Position numbers and translations under genes: made by a program. From Caldiserica bacterium UBA4770 (GTDB lineage Bacteria > Caldisericota > Caldisericia > Caldisericales > Caldisericaceae), in assembly GCA_002403335.1 (NCBI GenBank), contig DHHO01000002.1, forward strand, positions 71,540-125,469: a DNA stretch of 53,930 nt. Reading direction: 5' to 3'. Numbering within the stretch: position 1 is the first letter of the stretch; every line of letters begins with the position of its first letter. Of this stretch, positions 18,666-27,560 are shown in pieces. The notes under the pieces were generated by a model. That model did no database searches. It saw only the letters and a program-made list of their open reading frames with translations, and was not told the DNA's origin.

Positions 18666-20297
18666 ATGGAGTTTCAAGACGTTCTTGTTCTTATTGGTGG
18701 GATAGCTTTATTCATTTATGGTATTACAATTATAAGTAAAAGCCTCGAGGGATTTGCTTATACAAGTTTTAGAAGGTGGCTTAACAGAATTACGTCCAGG
18801 CCAGGAGCGGGAGTTATCCTCGGGGCTGTTTTTACAGCGATCATTCAATCAAGTTCAGCAACCACTGTTACTGTTGTAAGCCTCGTAAATTCAGGGATGC
18901 TTAGCTTTGAAAATACACTGGGCATTATCTTTGGTGCAAACATCGGGACGACAATGACAGCTCAGATTATTGCTTTTAATTTGGGTGTGTATGGACTCCC
19001 AATCTTTGCGGTGGGTTTTCTCATTTATTTTATTTCAAAGAAAGACTCTATTAAATCTATTGGTAATGCAATTCTTGGTTTTGGTCTCATATTCGTTGGT
19101 ATACAGTTTATGGAGAGTGCCGTTGCTGGCCTCAGTGATTCTCCTTATTTTATAAATCTTTTTGTCAGGATCAGTAAAAACCCTATCTTGGGAGTTCTTG
19201 TCTCTGCGGTTTTCACGGCCATTGAGCAGAGCTCTTCAGTTACCGTCGGTATAGTGGAGGCATTGGGAGCTCAGAATCTAATAAGTCTTGATGCAGCATT
19301 TGCCCTGGTAATAGGAGCCAATATTGGCACTACCGTTACAGCGCTCCTTGCAAGTATTGGGACAAATGTACAGGGACGAAGGGTGGCTGTTTCGCATGTA
19401 CTTTTTAATTTATTTGGTGCAATGATTTTTCTTATCATTTTCAGGCCTTTTATTAATCTTGTTTCAAAGACTTCTTCTGATCTTGTAAGGCAGATTGCAA
19501 ATGCTCATACACTTTTTAACGTTATATGTACGTTATTCTTCCTTCCTTTTGTAAATATCTTTGCAAAAACTGTAAAGAAGATTGTACCAGGGGAAGCGCT
19601 TACTATCGAAGAAGGTGTTAAGTATCTCGATAAAAGGCTTTTGAATATGCCTTCTTTTGCGTTGGATGCACTCAGAAAGGAAGTTTCAGGGTTAAGGGAA
19701 GTAGTACACAGGAATATGTGTACAGTATTTGAAATGATTGAACAAAATTCAGGAAAGCTTATTCAAAAGGTAAATATCACAGAAAATGCTATTAATAGCA
19801 TTAATAGAGCAATTCAGAGCTTCGCTCCTCTTCTGGTATCAAAGTCTTTGCCAAAAGAGCATTCAATTGAGGTAAACTTTCTTATTAATGTTTCAACGCA
19901 ACTCGAGAGGATAGGTGATATATTGAGGGGTACTGCAGAACTTGAGGTTGAAAAAGTACATAATGGGATTGTCTTTTCTGATGCGGCGAAGGCTGATCTC
20001 AGCAAAATGTTAAATATCGTAAGAAAGGAGTTTGAATTATTGTGTGAAAACTTCGAGAATATGAGTGAGGAAGTCTTTTATAAGATAGAAGGTGTCGAGC
20101 AATCTATTGATAGGATGGAGATGGAATTAAGAGATGCTCATGTGGCGCGGTTGATGTCAGGGGTCTGCCTTCCTGAAGCCGGTATTATATATGTTGATAT
20201 TCTTTCTGACCTGGAAAGAATCTCAGATCATATATATAAGATAGCCAGACTCGTATTAGAGTTTCACAGGAAAGAGCAGGTTAAGGAGCGTGTTTGA
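18666..20297 (+). CDS. Na/Pi-cotransporter family protein with PhoU-like C-terminal domain
   Basis: Duplicated QSSSATTVTVVSL / EQSSSVTVGIVEAL Na/Pi-cotransporter repeats and a C-terminal helical PhoU-like region. Confidence 0.85.
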   Translation: MEFQDVLVLIGGIALFIYGITIISKSLEGFAYTSFRRWLNRITSRPGAGVILGAVFTAIIQSSSATTVTVVSLVNSGMLSFENTLGIIFGANIGTTMTAQIIAFNLGVYGLPIFAVGFLIYFISKKDSIKSIGNAILGFGLIFVGIQFMESAVAGLSDSPYFINLFVRISKNPILGVLVSAVFTAIEQSSSVTVGIVEALGAQNLISLDAAFALVIGANIGTTVTALLASIGTNVQGRRVAVSHVLFNLFGAMIFLIIFRPFINLVSKTSSDLVRQIANAHTLFNVICTLFFLPFVNIFAKTVKKIVPGEALTIEEGVKYLDKRLLNMPSFALDALRKEVSGLREVVHRNMCTVFEMIEQNSGKLIQKVNITENAINSINRAIQSFAPLLVSKSLPKEHSIEVNFLINVSTQLERIGDILRGTAELEVEKVHNGIVFSDAAKADLSKMLNIVRKEFELLCENFENMSEEVFYKIEGVEQSIDRMEMELRDAHVARLMSGVCLPEAGIIYVDILSDLERISDHIYKIARLVLEFHRKEQVKERV

Positions 20298-20469
20298 CCT
20301 CTTATTTTTCATTTAATAAGCGTTTGAGTCATATGTAAATGATAGATAACAATGTAGTTGCGATATCCTGAGTGGCTAAATACAGAAAAGTGATTCATTC
20401 GGGAAACTTTTAAAAACATTTAATAAATTCCAACGTACAAGTTCTTTGTTAGGGGAATCGCGCTTTGTC

Positions 20470-20505
20470 TTGCAAAAGATAAAATATTTGCTATAATTTG
20501 CAAAT
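20470..20505 (+). promoter_or_regulatory. Sigma-70 promoter with overlapping 6-N8-6 inverted repeat (candidate ArsR operator)
   Basis: TTGCAA-16 nt-TATAAT; the inverted repeat ATTTGC-tataattt-GCAAAT spans the -10 box, upstream of the thioredoxin-like/permease/ArsR operon. Confidence 0.4.
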
Positions 20506-20517
20506 GAAGGAGGAAGT

Positions 20518-20757
20518 ATGGAAATAAAGATTGCAGGGACAGGTTGCCCCAAGTGTAAAGCAACAGAAAGGATTGTGAAGGAAGTTGTTCAAGAGTTGAA
20601 TGTTAATGTCGTGGTGGAACACATCTATGATCCAAAAGAATTTATGAAGATGGGCGTGACTCTTACGCCTGCTGTTCTTATCGATGACAGGATTGTTATC
20701 GAAGGAAAGGTGCCATCAAAAGAAGAGGTCATCGAGATATTGAATAAGGTTATTTAA
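20518..20757 (+). CDS. Small thioredoxin-fold protein (redox-active disulfide protein 2 type)
   Basis: 79 aa with a CPKC redox motif near the N-terminus. Confidence 0.75.
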   Translation: MEIKIAGTGCPKCKATERIVKEVVQELNVNVVVEHIYDPKEFMKMGVTLTPAVLIDDRIVIEGKVPSKEEVIEILNKVI

Positions 20758-20847
20758 TGTGACAAAAAGAACTCTCTTGTGTTGAAAAGTATCTGACTTT
20801 AGAGTATGTTCTTTATAATGTTTCCTATTGCTTATTGAGGAGAACTG

Positions 20848-21900
20848 ATGTTTTTTGAGATAATCTTAGCCGGGCTTATCGCGATAAGAGATTATATTGC
20901 CACGCATGTTCTTACCTGCCTTGTTCCTGCTTTTCTTCTTGCAGGGGGGGTGGTTACCTTTATTGATAAAAATACTGTGGTGCACTATTTGGGCAAAAGC
21001 ACAAATAGGTTCAAATCCTTTTTTATAGCTGCTTTCTCAAGCTTTTTCATTGCTGCCTGTTCCTGCACAATAGTGCCTATTTCTGCTGGGCTTTATGCTG
21101 CGGGTGCCGCAGTAGGTGTATCTTTTATTATTCTATGGGTTGCTCCCGCAACAAATATATTGGCGCTTGTTTATACGGGGAATATCCTTGGTGGGCAGAT
21201 TCTCGCAGCCAGGGTTGTAATGGCTATTTTGATGGCAATTGTTGTAGGCTCTGTGATGTCTTTTTTATTTGATACCGAAGTAAGGAATGCGAAAACTAAT
21301 AAGGTGGACTCTGAAAGGTTAACAGGGGCATTAGTCCTACCGAAACATCTACTCCTCCTGTTTTTGATTCTTTTATCCATCCTTTTACCCAACTATGTAA
21401 TAGGAGGTGGTAGGTATTTGTATAAGGTGCTTTTATGGCTTATTTTGACAATTGTAATTTTTACTTATGCCTTCAAATTTTTAAAGATATCAGAGATAAG
21501 AGACTGGTTACACGAAACTCTCTGGTTTTTCCGTATGATTTTTCCTCTTTTAATGCTGGGAGTATTTATCGTAGGAATTGTTGGAAAAATTTTTCCTGCA
21601 AGTATTGTGAGGACTCTTGCAGGAGGAAATTCTCTCAGGAGTTCTTTCTTTGCAACCCTCTTTGGTGCCGTGAGCTACTTTGCCACTATGACTGAATCTC
21701 CTTTTGTGGATACACTCATGAAACTTGGAATGGGCAAAGGACCGGCTCTTTCACTCCTTCTTACAGGTCCCGGCCTCTCCCTTCCCAATATGCTTGCTAT
21801 CGGGAGGATCTTCGGGGCTAAGAAAACTATTGTTTATGTTATTTTGATAATTATTCTCGGTACGGTTGCCGGGTGGCTGTTTGGAGGGTACCTCCCATGA
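20848..21900 (+). CDS. DUF318-type permease (two-repeat membrane transporter)
   Basis: 350-aa polytopic membrane protein; conserved genomic pairing with the CPKC thioredoxin-like gene and an ArsR regulator. Confidence 0.65.
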   Translation: MFFEIILAGLIAIRDYIATHVLTCLVPAFLLAGGVVTFIDKNTVVHYLGKSTNRFKSFFIAAFSSFFIAACSCTIVPISAGLYAAGAAVGVSFIILWVAPATNILALVYTGNILGGQILAARVVMAILMAIVVGSVMSFLFDTEVRNAKTNKVDSERLTGALVLPKHLLLLFLILLSILLPNYVIGGGRYLYKVLLWLILTIVIFTYAFKFLKISEIRDWLHETLWFFRMIFPLLMLGVFIVGIVGKIFPASIVRTLAGGNSLRSSFFATLFGAVSYFATMTESPFVDTLMKLGMGKGPALSLLLTGPGLSLPNMLAIGRIFGAKKTIVYVILIIILGTVAGWLFGGYLP

Positions 21901-22250
21901 AAGATTATACGTCTATTTTCAGGGCTTATTCTAATGAGATTAGCCTGAGGATAATAAAGCTTCTTGTGGAAACTTCTGATTCAATATGTGTCTGTGAATT
22001 TTCTTTTGTTTTTCATAGGCCAATCTACGAGGTTTCTAAAGTCCTGAAACCCCTACGTAAGAGCGGGTTTGTCACCCCCACCAGAAAGGGTAAATACATC
22101 TTTTATCATATTTCTGATATCAATGATCCCTTCAAATTGAAGGTCCTCGAGGCTTTAGGTCAGATGAAGTGTGAGGTGTTTGATTCTGACGTTATCGTAT
22201 TCAAAAAGATGAGGAGAGAGGGTAAAATCCCTTATTGCCCTTACTATTAA
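21897..22250 (+). CDS. ArsR/SmtB-family metalloregulator
   Basis: Start MKDYTSIF by ATGA overlap with the permease; wHTH with the metal-sensing ICVCEF (CVC) motif. Confidence 0.75.
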   Translation: MKDYTSIFRAYSNEISLRIIKLLVETSDSICVCEFSFVFHRPIYEVSKVLKPLRKSGFVTPTRKGKYIFYHISDINDPFKLKVLEALGQMKCEVFDSDVIVFKKMRREGKIPYCPYY

Positions 22251-22426
22251 GAGAAACTTAAGTCTAAAAAACTTCCTGATTTTGTCTCTGTGTTAATTAT
22301 TAATTAGAAGTTTCCGAGGGGCACTAATAAAAAATTGATTTTGAGTATTACATCTTATATTTTTAAATTTTGAATTTTCAGTAAAATATATGTATGGCAT
22401 TTTAAGAGATTAGGAAAGGAGGTTTT

Positions 22427-23578
22427 ATGGTAGACAAGGAGTTTTTGATGATTCCAGGTCCTACGCCACTTCCGCCGAGAGTTATGGCTGCAATGACTCA
22501 TCCAATGGTGAATCACAGGGGAATATTGTTTAAAAAATTGTTCGGGGAGTCAAGGGACATCCTGAAAAAAATGCTTAATATTTCCGGCGATGTTTTTCTT
22601 ATTCCTTCTTCCGGGACAGGGGCAATGGAGCTTGCAGTTCAGAATTTTACACACAGAGGTGAGAGGGTTCTTGTTGTGGACACAGGATTCTTTGGGGAGA
22701 GATTTTATAAGATAAATGTTGCCTTTGGAAGGAACGCAATCCATCTTGAGATTCCCTGGGGAAAAGGTGCCACACCAGAAGCAGTTAAAGAAGCAGTGAG
22801 AAACGATCCAACTATAAAGGCAGTTTTCCTTACTCAAAACGAGACATCCTCAACTGTGCTGAACAATATCAGAGAGATATCAAGTGCAATAAGGGAAATT
22901 TCAGATGCATTTATTATTGTTGATGCAGTGAGCTCTATAGGAATAGCGGAGATTGATATGGATAACTGGGGAATTGATGTGGTTGCTGCTGCATCCCAGA
23001 AAGGACTTATGAGTCCTCCAGGTATTGGCATTGTTGCAGCAAATAAAAGAGCAGTTGATTTTGCACTTTCAAGTGATAATGACTCTTATTATTTCAATCT
23101 AAAGGATCTTAAGAAAAACGCAGACCTCGGACAGCCATTTACAACCTTTCCTGTTGCAGATTTCTTTGGTTTTAGAGAGGGTTTAAACATCCTGCTTGAA
23201 GAAGGGTTTGAGAATACTTATAAAAGGCACGAAGCATACAGAACTCTTGTGAGAGACGCATTAAAAGAACTTAACTTGAAATTTGTTGCAGACGATGCAG
23301 TTGCTTCTCCCGCTGTTACAGGTATCTATGCACCAGAGGGTGTGAACGCTGACGAGATTGTAAGTATGATGAGGAAATACAGTGTTGAAATTGCCTCAGG
23401 GCAGGGTATCCTGAAAGGCAAGGCATTTAGAATAGGGCATATGGGATTTATTAATTCTAATGATTTGCTTGTTACAGTAGGTGCTCTTGAGTGCGTTCTC
23501 AAGGACCTGAAATATGAGTTTGAATTCGGGAGTGCCGTTAAGAAGCTTCTTTCCGTAAGAAGAAGCCTTAATGTGTAA
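22427..23578 (+). CDS. Class-V PLP aminotransferase (serine-pyruvate/alanine-glyoxylate type)
   Basis: MIPGPTPLPPRVMAAM N-terminus and class-V fold; 383 aa. Confidence 0.85.
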   Translation: MVDKEFLMIPGPTPLPPRVMAAMTHPMVNHRGILFKKLFGESRDILKKMLNISGDVFLIPSSGTGAMELAVQNFTHRGERVLVVDTGFFGERFYKINVAFGRNAIHLEIPWGKGATPEAVKEAVRNDPTIKAVFLTQNETSSTVLNNIREISSAIREISDAFIIVDAVSSIGIAEIDMDNWGIDVVAAASQKGLMSPPGIGIVAANKRAVDFALSSDNDSYYFNLKDLKKNADLGQPFTTFPVADFFGFREGLNILLEEGFENTYKRHEAYRTLVRDALKELNLKFVADDAVASPAVTGIYAPEGVNADEIVSMMRKYSVEIASGQGILKGKAFRIGHMGFINSNDLLVTVGALECVLKDLKYEFEFGSAVKKLLSVRRSLNV

Positions 23579-23648
23579 TAAGTTTCAATGTAGGAGGTGA
23601 TGAAAAGATAGAAGATTTGAAAAGGTACTAAAAAAATCCACAAAGGAG

Positions 23649-24941
23649 GTGGTTATGGAAGAGGAAAAGCAAAAAAAAGGTTTTATGGATTGGTACTTTA
23701 AGTCCAATCTATTGATGAGGATCCTGATAGGACTCATCCTTGGAGCTATTGTGGGTCTTATTGTAGGGCCTGGGATTAGTGTGATTAAACCTCTCGGAGA
23801 CCTTTTCATTCGACTACTCCAGATGATCGTAATGCCTGTCATTTTATTCTCACTTATTGTAGGTGCGGCAAGTATTGAACCTTCTCGTCTTGGGAGAGTT
23901 GGTGTAAAAATTATCGTCTACTATATGTTAACAACCGTTTTTGCTATTGCGATAGGGCTTCTTTTAGCGAATTTGTTTCAACCAGGGTGGGGCCTTTCCC
24001 TTGCTGGAGGTGAGGCAGCAGGAAAGGAGCTTACGAGGCCTTCTATCATTGATACTTTGCTTAATATTATACCTACCAACCCATTTAGTGCCCTTTCATC
24101 GGGTGCTGTTCTTCAGATTATTGCCTTTGCCCTCTTTTTTGGTATTGCTATTTCTTTCCTGAGAGGAAGCAAAGACTCACGATTAAGCGAAGGTGCAGAA
24201 CTCGTTCTGAAATTCTGTGATGGAGCTGCACAGGCAATGTATATTGTTGTAAGATGGATTCTTCAATATGCTCCCATAGGTGTGTTTGCCCTTATTGCTG
24301 TTGTCTTTGGTACGCAGGGTGGAAAGGTTGTGGGTCCTCTTGCTCTTGTGACACTCACCTGCTTTATAGGCTATGTAATTCATGTTCTTGTTGTATATGG
24401 TGGGGTGCTTGCAATGTTCAAATTTAGCCTTTTCAAGTTTCTTGCGAGGGCAAAGGAGGCTATGCTTACTGCATTTGTAACCAGGAGTAGTAATGGTACA
24501 CTTCCAATTACAATGAGAAATGCAGATGAAAACATGGGCATCTCAAAATCTGTCTATTCATTTACCCTGCCGTTAGGGGCAACAATAAATATGGATGGAA
24601 CTGCCATCTACTTGGGTGTCAGTGCAATGTTTGTTGCCTATGCAATTGGCCTGAGGCTTAGCTTTAGCCAGCAGATGATAATTATTCTTACTGCAACCCT
24701 TGCTTCAATTGGCACTGCAGGTGTGCCTGGTGCAGGAGCAATTATGCTTCTTATGGTGCTTGACTCTGTAGGACTTAAGGTAGAGGCAGGCTCTGCTGTT
24801 GCAATGGCGTATTCGATGATTCTTGGAATTGATGCCATACTTGATATGGGCAGGACCTGTCTTAATGTAACTGGTGACCTTGTGGGTACCACGATTGTCT
24901 CAAAGACTGAGGGGGAGCTCGACCTGGAGAAGTGGAAGTAA
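23649..24941 (+). CDS. Dicarboxylate/amino-acid:cation symporter (DAACS family)
   Basis: 430-aa GltP/SstT-like transporter with conserved hairpin-loop regions (TRSSNGTLPITM, GTAGVPGAGAIML). Confidence 0.85.
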   Translation: MVMEEEKQKKGFMDWYFKSNLLMRILIGLILGAIVGLIVGPGISVIKPLGDLFIRLLQMIVMPVILFSLIVGAASIEPSRLGRVGVKIIVYYMLTTVFAIAIGLLLANLFQPGWGLSLAGGEAAGKELTRPSIIDTLLNIIPTNPFSALSSGAVLQIIAFALFFGIAISFLRGSKDSRLSEGAELVLKFCDGAAQAMYIVVRWILQYAPIGVFALIAVVFGTQGGKVVGPLALVTLTCFIGYVIHVLVVYGGVLAMFKFSLFKFLARAKEAMLTAFVTRSSNGTLPITMRNADENMGISKSVYSFTLPLGATINMDGTAIYLGVSAMFVAYAIGLRLSFSQQMIIILTATLASIGTAGVPGAGAIMLLMVLDSVGLKVEAGSAVAMAYSMILGIDAILDMGRTCLNVTGDLVGTTIVSKTEGELDLEKWK

Positions 24942-25633
24942 AGAGTAAAACTATAGGGATTATTGGTGGCATGGGTCCGGAGGCAACTCTGGACCTATGC
25001 TCCAGAATTATAAAGCATACACCCGCCCAGAAAGACCAGGACCATATTCATCTTATCATCGATAATTATCCTCAAATTCCTGATAGAACAGCCTTTATTC
25101 TTGGAAAAGGTGAAAATCCCCTTCCGTATATATTGAAATCTGTAGATTTGCTTGTAAATTGTGGAGTGGATGCATTGTGTATGCCCTGCAATACCGCACA
25201 TTATTTTGTTGAAGATATTAGAAAGCATTCAAGTACTCCTTTTATCAGTATTATAGAGAGTGTTTTGAAAGAAGTGAGAAATAATTATTCTGAAGTTAAA
25301 AATATTGGCCTTCTTGCAACGCGGGGTGTAATAGTTGGGCGTGTTTATCATCAGGTTTTCGAGAATGATGGGTTTAAAATTGTAACCCCTTCAGAGAGTG
25401 TTGAGGATGTAGTGATGGATGTTATTTATTCTGTCAAGGCAGGAACGGGAAGGGAGAAGGTTTACGACCTTCAGATGTGTATTGATTCCTTAAAAGAAAA
25501 AGGATGTGAACTTATTATTGCAGGGTGCACGGAGATTCCCATTCTGTTACCTTTTGTAGAATTACCTGTTCCTGTTGTGGATTCGACGCTCTCTCTTGCA
25601 AAGGAGGTAGTAAGTTTTGCCTTTAAAAAATAG
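24932..25633 (+). CDS. Aspartate/glutamate racemase-family protein
   Basis: IGIIGGMGPEATLDL N-terminus and two catalytic Cys regions (CMPCNTAH, IAGCTE). Confidence 0.8.
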   Translation: MEVKSKTIGIIGGMGPEATLDLCSRIIKHTPAQKDQDHIHLIIDNYPQIPDRTAFILGKGENPLPYILKSVDLLVNCGVDALCMPCNTAHYFVEDIRKHSSTPFISIIESVLKEVRNNYSEVKNIGLLATRGVIVGRVYHQVFENDGFKIVTPSESVEDVVMDVIYSVKAGTGREKVYDLQMCIDSLKEKGCELIIAGCTEIPILLPFVELPVPVVDSTLSLAKEVVSFAFKK

Positions 25634-25650
25634 AAACGAGGGAGGTAGGT

Positions 25651-27525
25651 ATGGAAAATACCGAAGAAATACTCAGGAAAAGGATTGATAACAATAATTA
25701 TGAGAAGCTTCTGGAGATTAACAACCCGGAGCTTTATTCATTTGTCGCAAAGTATATAGAGTTGTGTAATCCGCGAAGTGTTTTTATAAGTAATAGTTCT
25801 CCTGAGGACATAGATTATATAAGGCGTAAGGCTATAGAGAATCACGAAGAAGAGCACTTAAGGACACCAGGGCATACGATTCATTTTGATGCATATGGGG
25901 ATCAGGGGAGAGACAAGGCACACACGAAAATCCTCCTCGAAAAGGGGGAAACTCTTGATGAATTCATCGTGACAGGGGAAAGGGAAGAGAATCTCCTCGA
26001 AATAAATTCAATATTGAAGGACATAATGAATGAAAGAGAGATGTTTGTATGTTTCTTTACCCTTGCTCCAGAGAATTCAATCTTTTCAATTCACTGTGTC
26101 CAGATTACTGATTCTCCATATGTTGCTCATAGTGAAAATATCCTTTATAGACAGGGATATGGAGAGTTTGTAAGGCTTGGCAAAGATGCCCGCTTCTTTA
26201 AATTTGTTCATTCTCAGGGGGAACTTGATGAAAGATTTGTATGTAAGAATCTCGATAAGAGGAGAATTTACATAGACCTCAAGGAAGAAACAGTATATTC
26301 AACAAACACGCAATATGGAGGAAACACCATAGGCCTCAAGAAACTTGCAATGCGCCTTGCAATAAGCAGATGTGCAAAGGAAGGGTGGCTTACAGAACAT
26401 ATGCTTATTATGGGGGTTCATGGACCTCAGGGTAGGGTTACTTATTTTACAGGGGCATTTCCATCGCTATGCGGAAAAACTTCTACTGCTATGCTTGAGG
26501 GTGAAAGCATTGTGGGTGATGATATTGCCTACATTAAAAATAAGAATGGTTTCGCCTTTGCTGCTAATGTTGAAAAGGGAATGTTCGGTATTATTCAGGG
26601 GGTAAATTCAAAGGATGACCCCATCCAGTGGAAGACGCTTCATACCCCTGGGGAAATAATATTCTCCAATGTGCTTGTTACTGAGGATGGTTCTGTTTAC
26701 TGGATAGGACATGATGGGGATGTTCCAGAAAGAGGATATAATCATTCTGGAGAATGGTTCAAAGGAAAAAAAGACAGCAAAGGAAACGAAATTCCACCCT
26801 CGCACCCGAATGCAAGATTTACACTTCCACTTGAAAGTCTTGATAATATTGACCCGAATCTCAATAATCCAGAGGGCGTTCTTGTGGGAGGTTTTATCTA
26901 TGGAGGAAGGGATTCTGATACGTGGGTACCAGTTTGTGAGTCATTTGACTGGGAACATGGTATCATTATGAAAGGGGCTTCTATTGAATCGGAGACAACC
27001 GCAGCAACACTGGGTAAGGAAGGAGTAAGAGAGTTTAACCCAATGTCAAATCTCGATTTTCTATCTATACCAATTGCAAAATATATTACTATTAATCTCG
27101 AATTTGGAAAAAACCTTGCTAAACCTCCTAAAATATTTGGAGTGAACTATTTTTTAAAGGGAGCGGATGGGAACTTTCTTAACGAGAAGAATGATAAGAA
27201 GGTGTGGCTTAAGTGGATGGATTTGAGGGTTCATGATGAGGTAACTGCAATAAAAACTCCTATTGGTTATATTCCTCACTATAAAGACCTGAAAGAGCTA
27301 TTCGAGAAGGTACTTTACAAAGATTATTCATACGATGATTATGTGAAGCAATTTCAAATAAGGGTTCCAGAAAATCTTTCCAAGGTAGAGAGAATTAAAA
27401 GCATTTATTTGAAAATAAAAGATACCCCTGTTAGGGTTTTTGAGGTACTTGAGGAAGAAAAAGAGCGACTTATCAAGGCTTCACAACGGTTCGGGGATTA
27501 TATCTTACCTGAAAAGTTTATTTGA
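25651..27525 (+). CDS. pckG: Phosphoenolpyruvate carboxykinase (GTP)
   Basis: 624 aa; GTP-PEPCK kinase-1a motif FPSLCGKTSTAM and a PEPCK-specific domain. Confidence 0.9.
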   Translation: MENTEEILRKRIDNNNYEKLLEINNPELYSFVAKYIELCNPRSVFISNSSPEDIDYIRRKAIENHEEEHLRTPGHTIHFDAYGDQGRDKAHTKILLEKGETLDEFIVTGEREENLLEINSILKDIMNEREMFVCFFTLAPENSIFSIHCVQITDSPYVAHSENILYRQGYGEFVRLGKDARFFKFVHSQGELDERFVCKNLDKRRIYIDLKEETVYSTNTQYGGNTIGLKKLAMRLAISRCAKEGWLTEHMLIMGVHGPQGRVTYFTGAFPSLCGKTSTAMLEGESIVGDDIAYIKNKNGFAFAANVEKGMFGIIQGVNSKDDPIQWKTLHTPGEIIFSNVLVTEDGSVYWIGHDGDVPERGYNHSGEWFKGKKDSKGNEIPPSHPNARFTLPLESLDNIDPNLNNPEGVLVGGFIYGGRDSDTWVPVCESFDWEHGIIMKGASIESETTAATLGKEGVREFNPMSNLDFLSIPIAKYITINLEFGKNLAKPPKIFGVNYFLKGADGNFLNEKNDKKVWLKWMDLRVHDEVTAIKTPIGYIPHYKDLKELFEKVLYKDYSYDDYVKQFQIRVPENLSKVERIKSIYLKIKDTPVRVFEVLEEEKERLIKASQRFGDYILPEKFI

Positions 27526-27529
27526 TTAA

Positions 27530-27560
27530 CAGGGGGGGCTTGCCCCCCCTGTTTTATTTA
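27530..27560. terminator. Bidirectional intrinsic terminator between pckG and the xdh-like operon
   Basis: Perfect hairpin CAGGGGGGG-cttg-CCCCCCCTG followed by TTTTATTT; the reverse orientation has an A/U-rich tail for the convergent operon. Confidence 0.7.
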
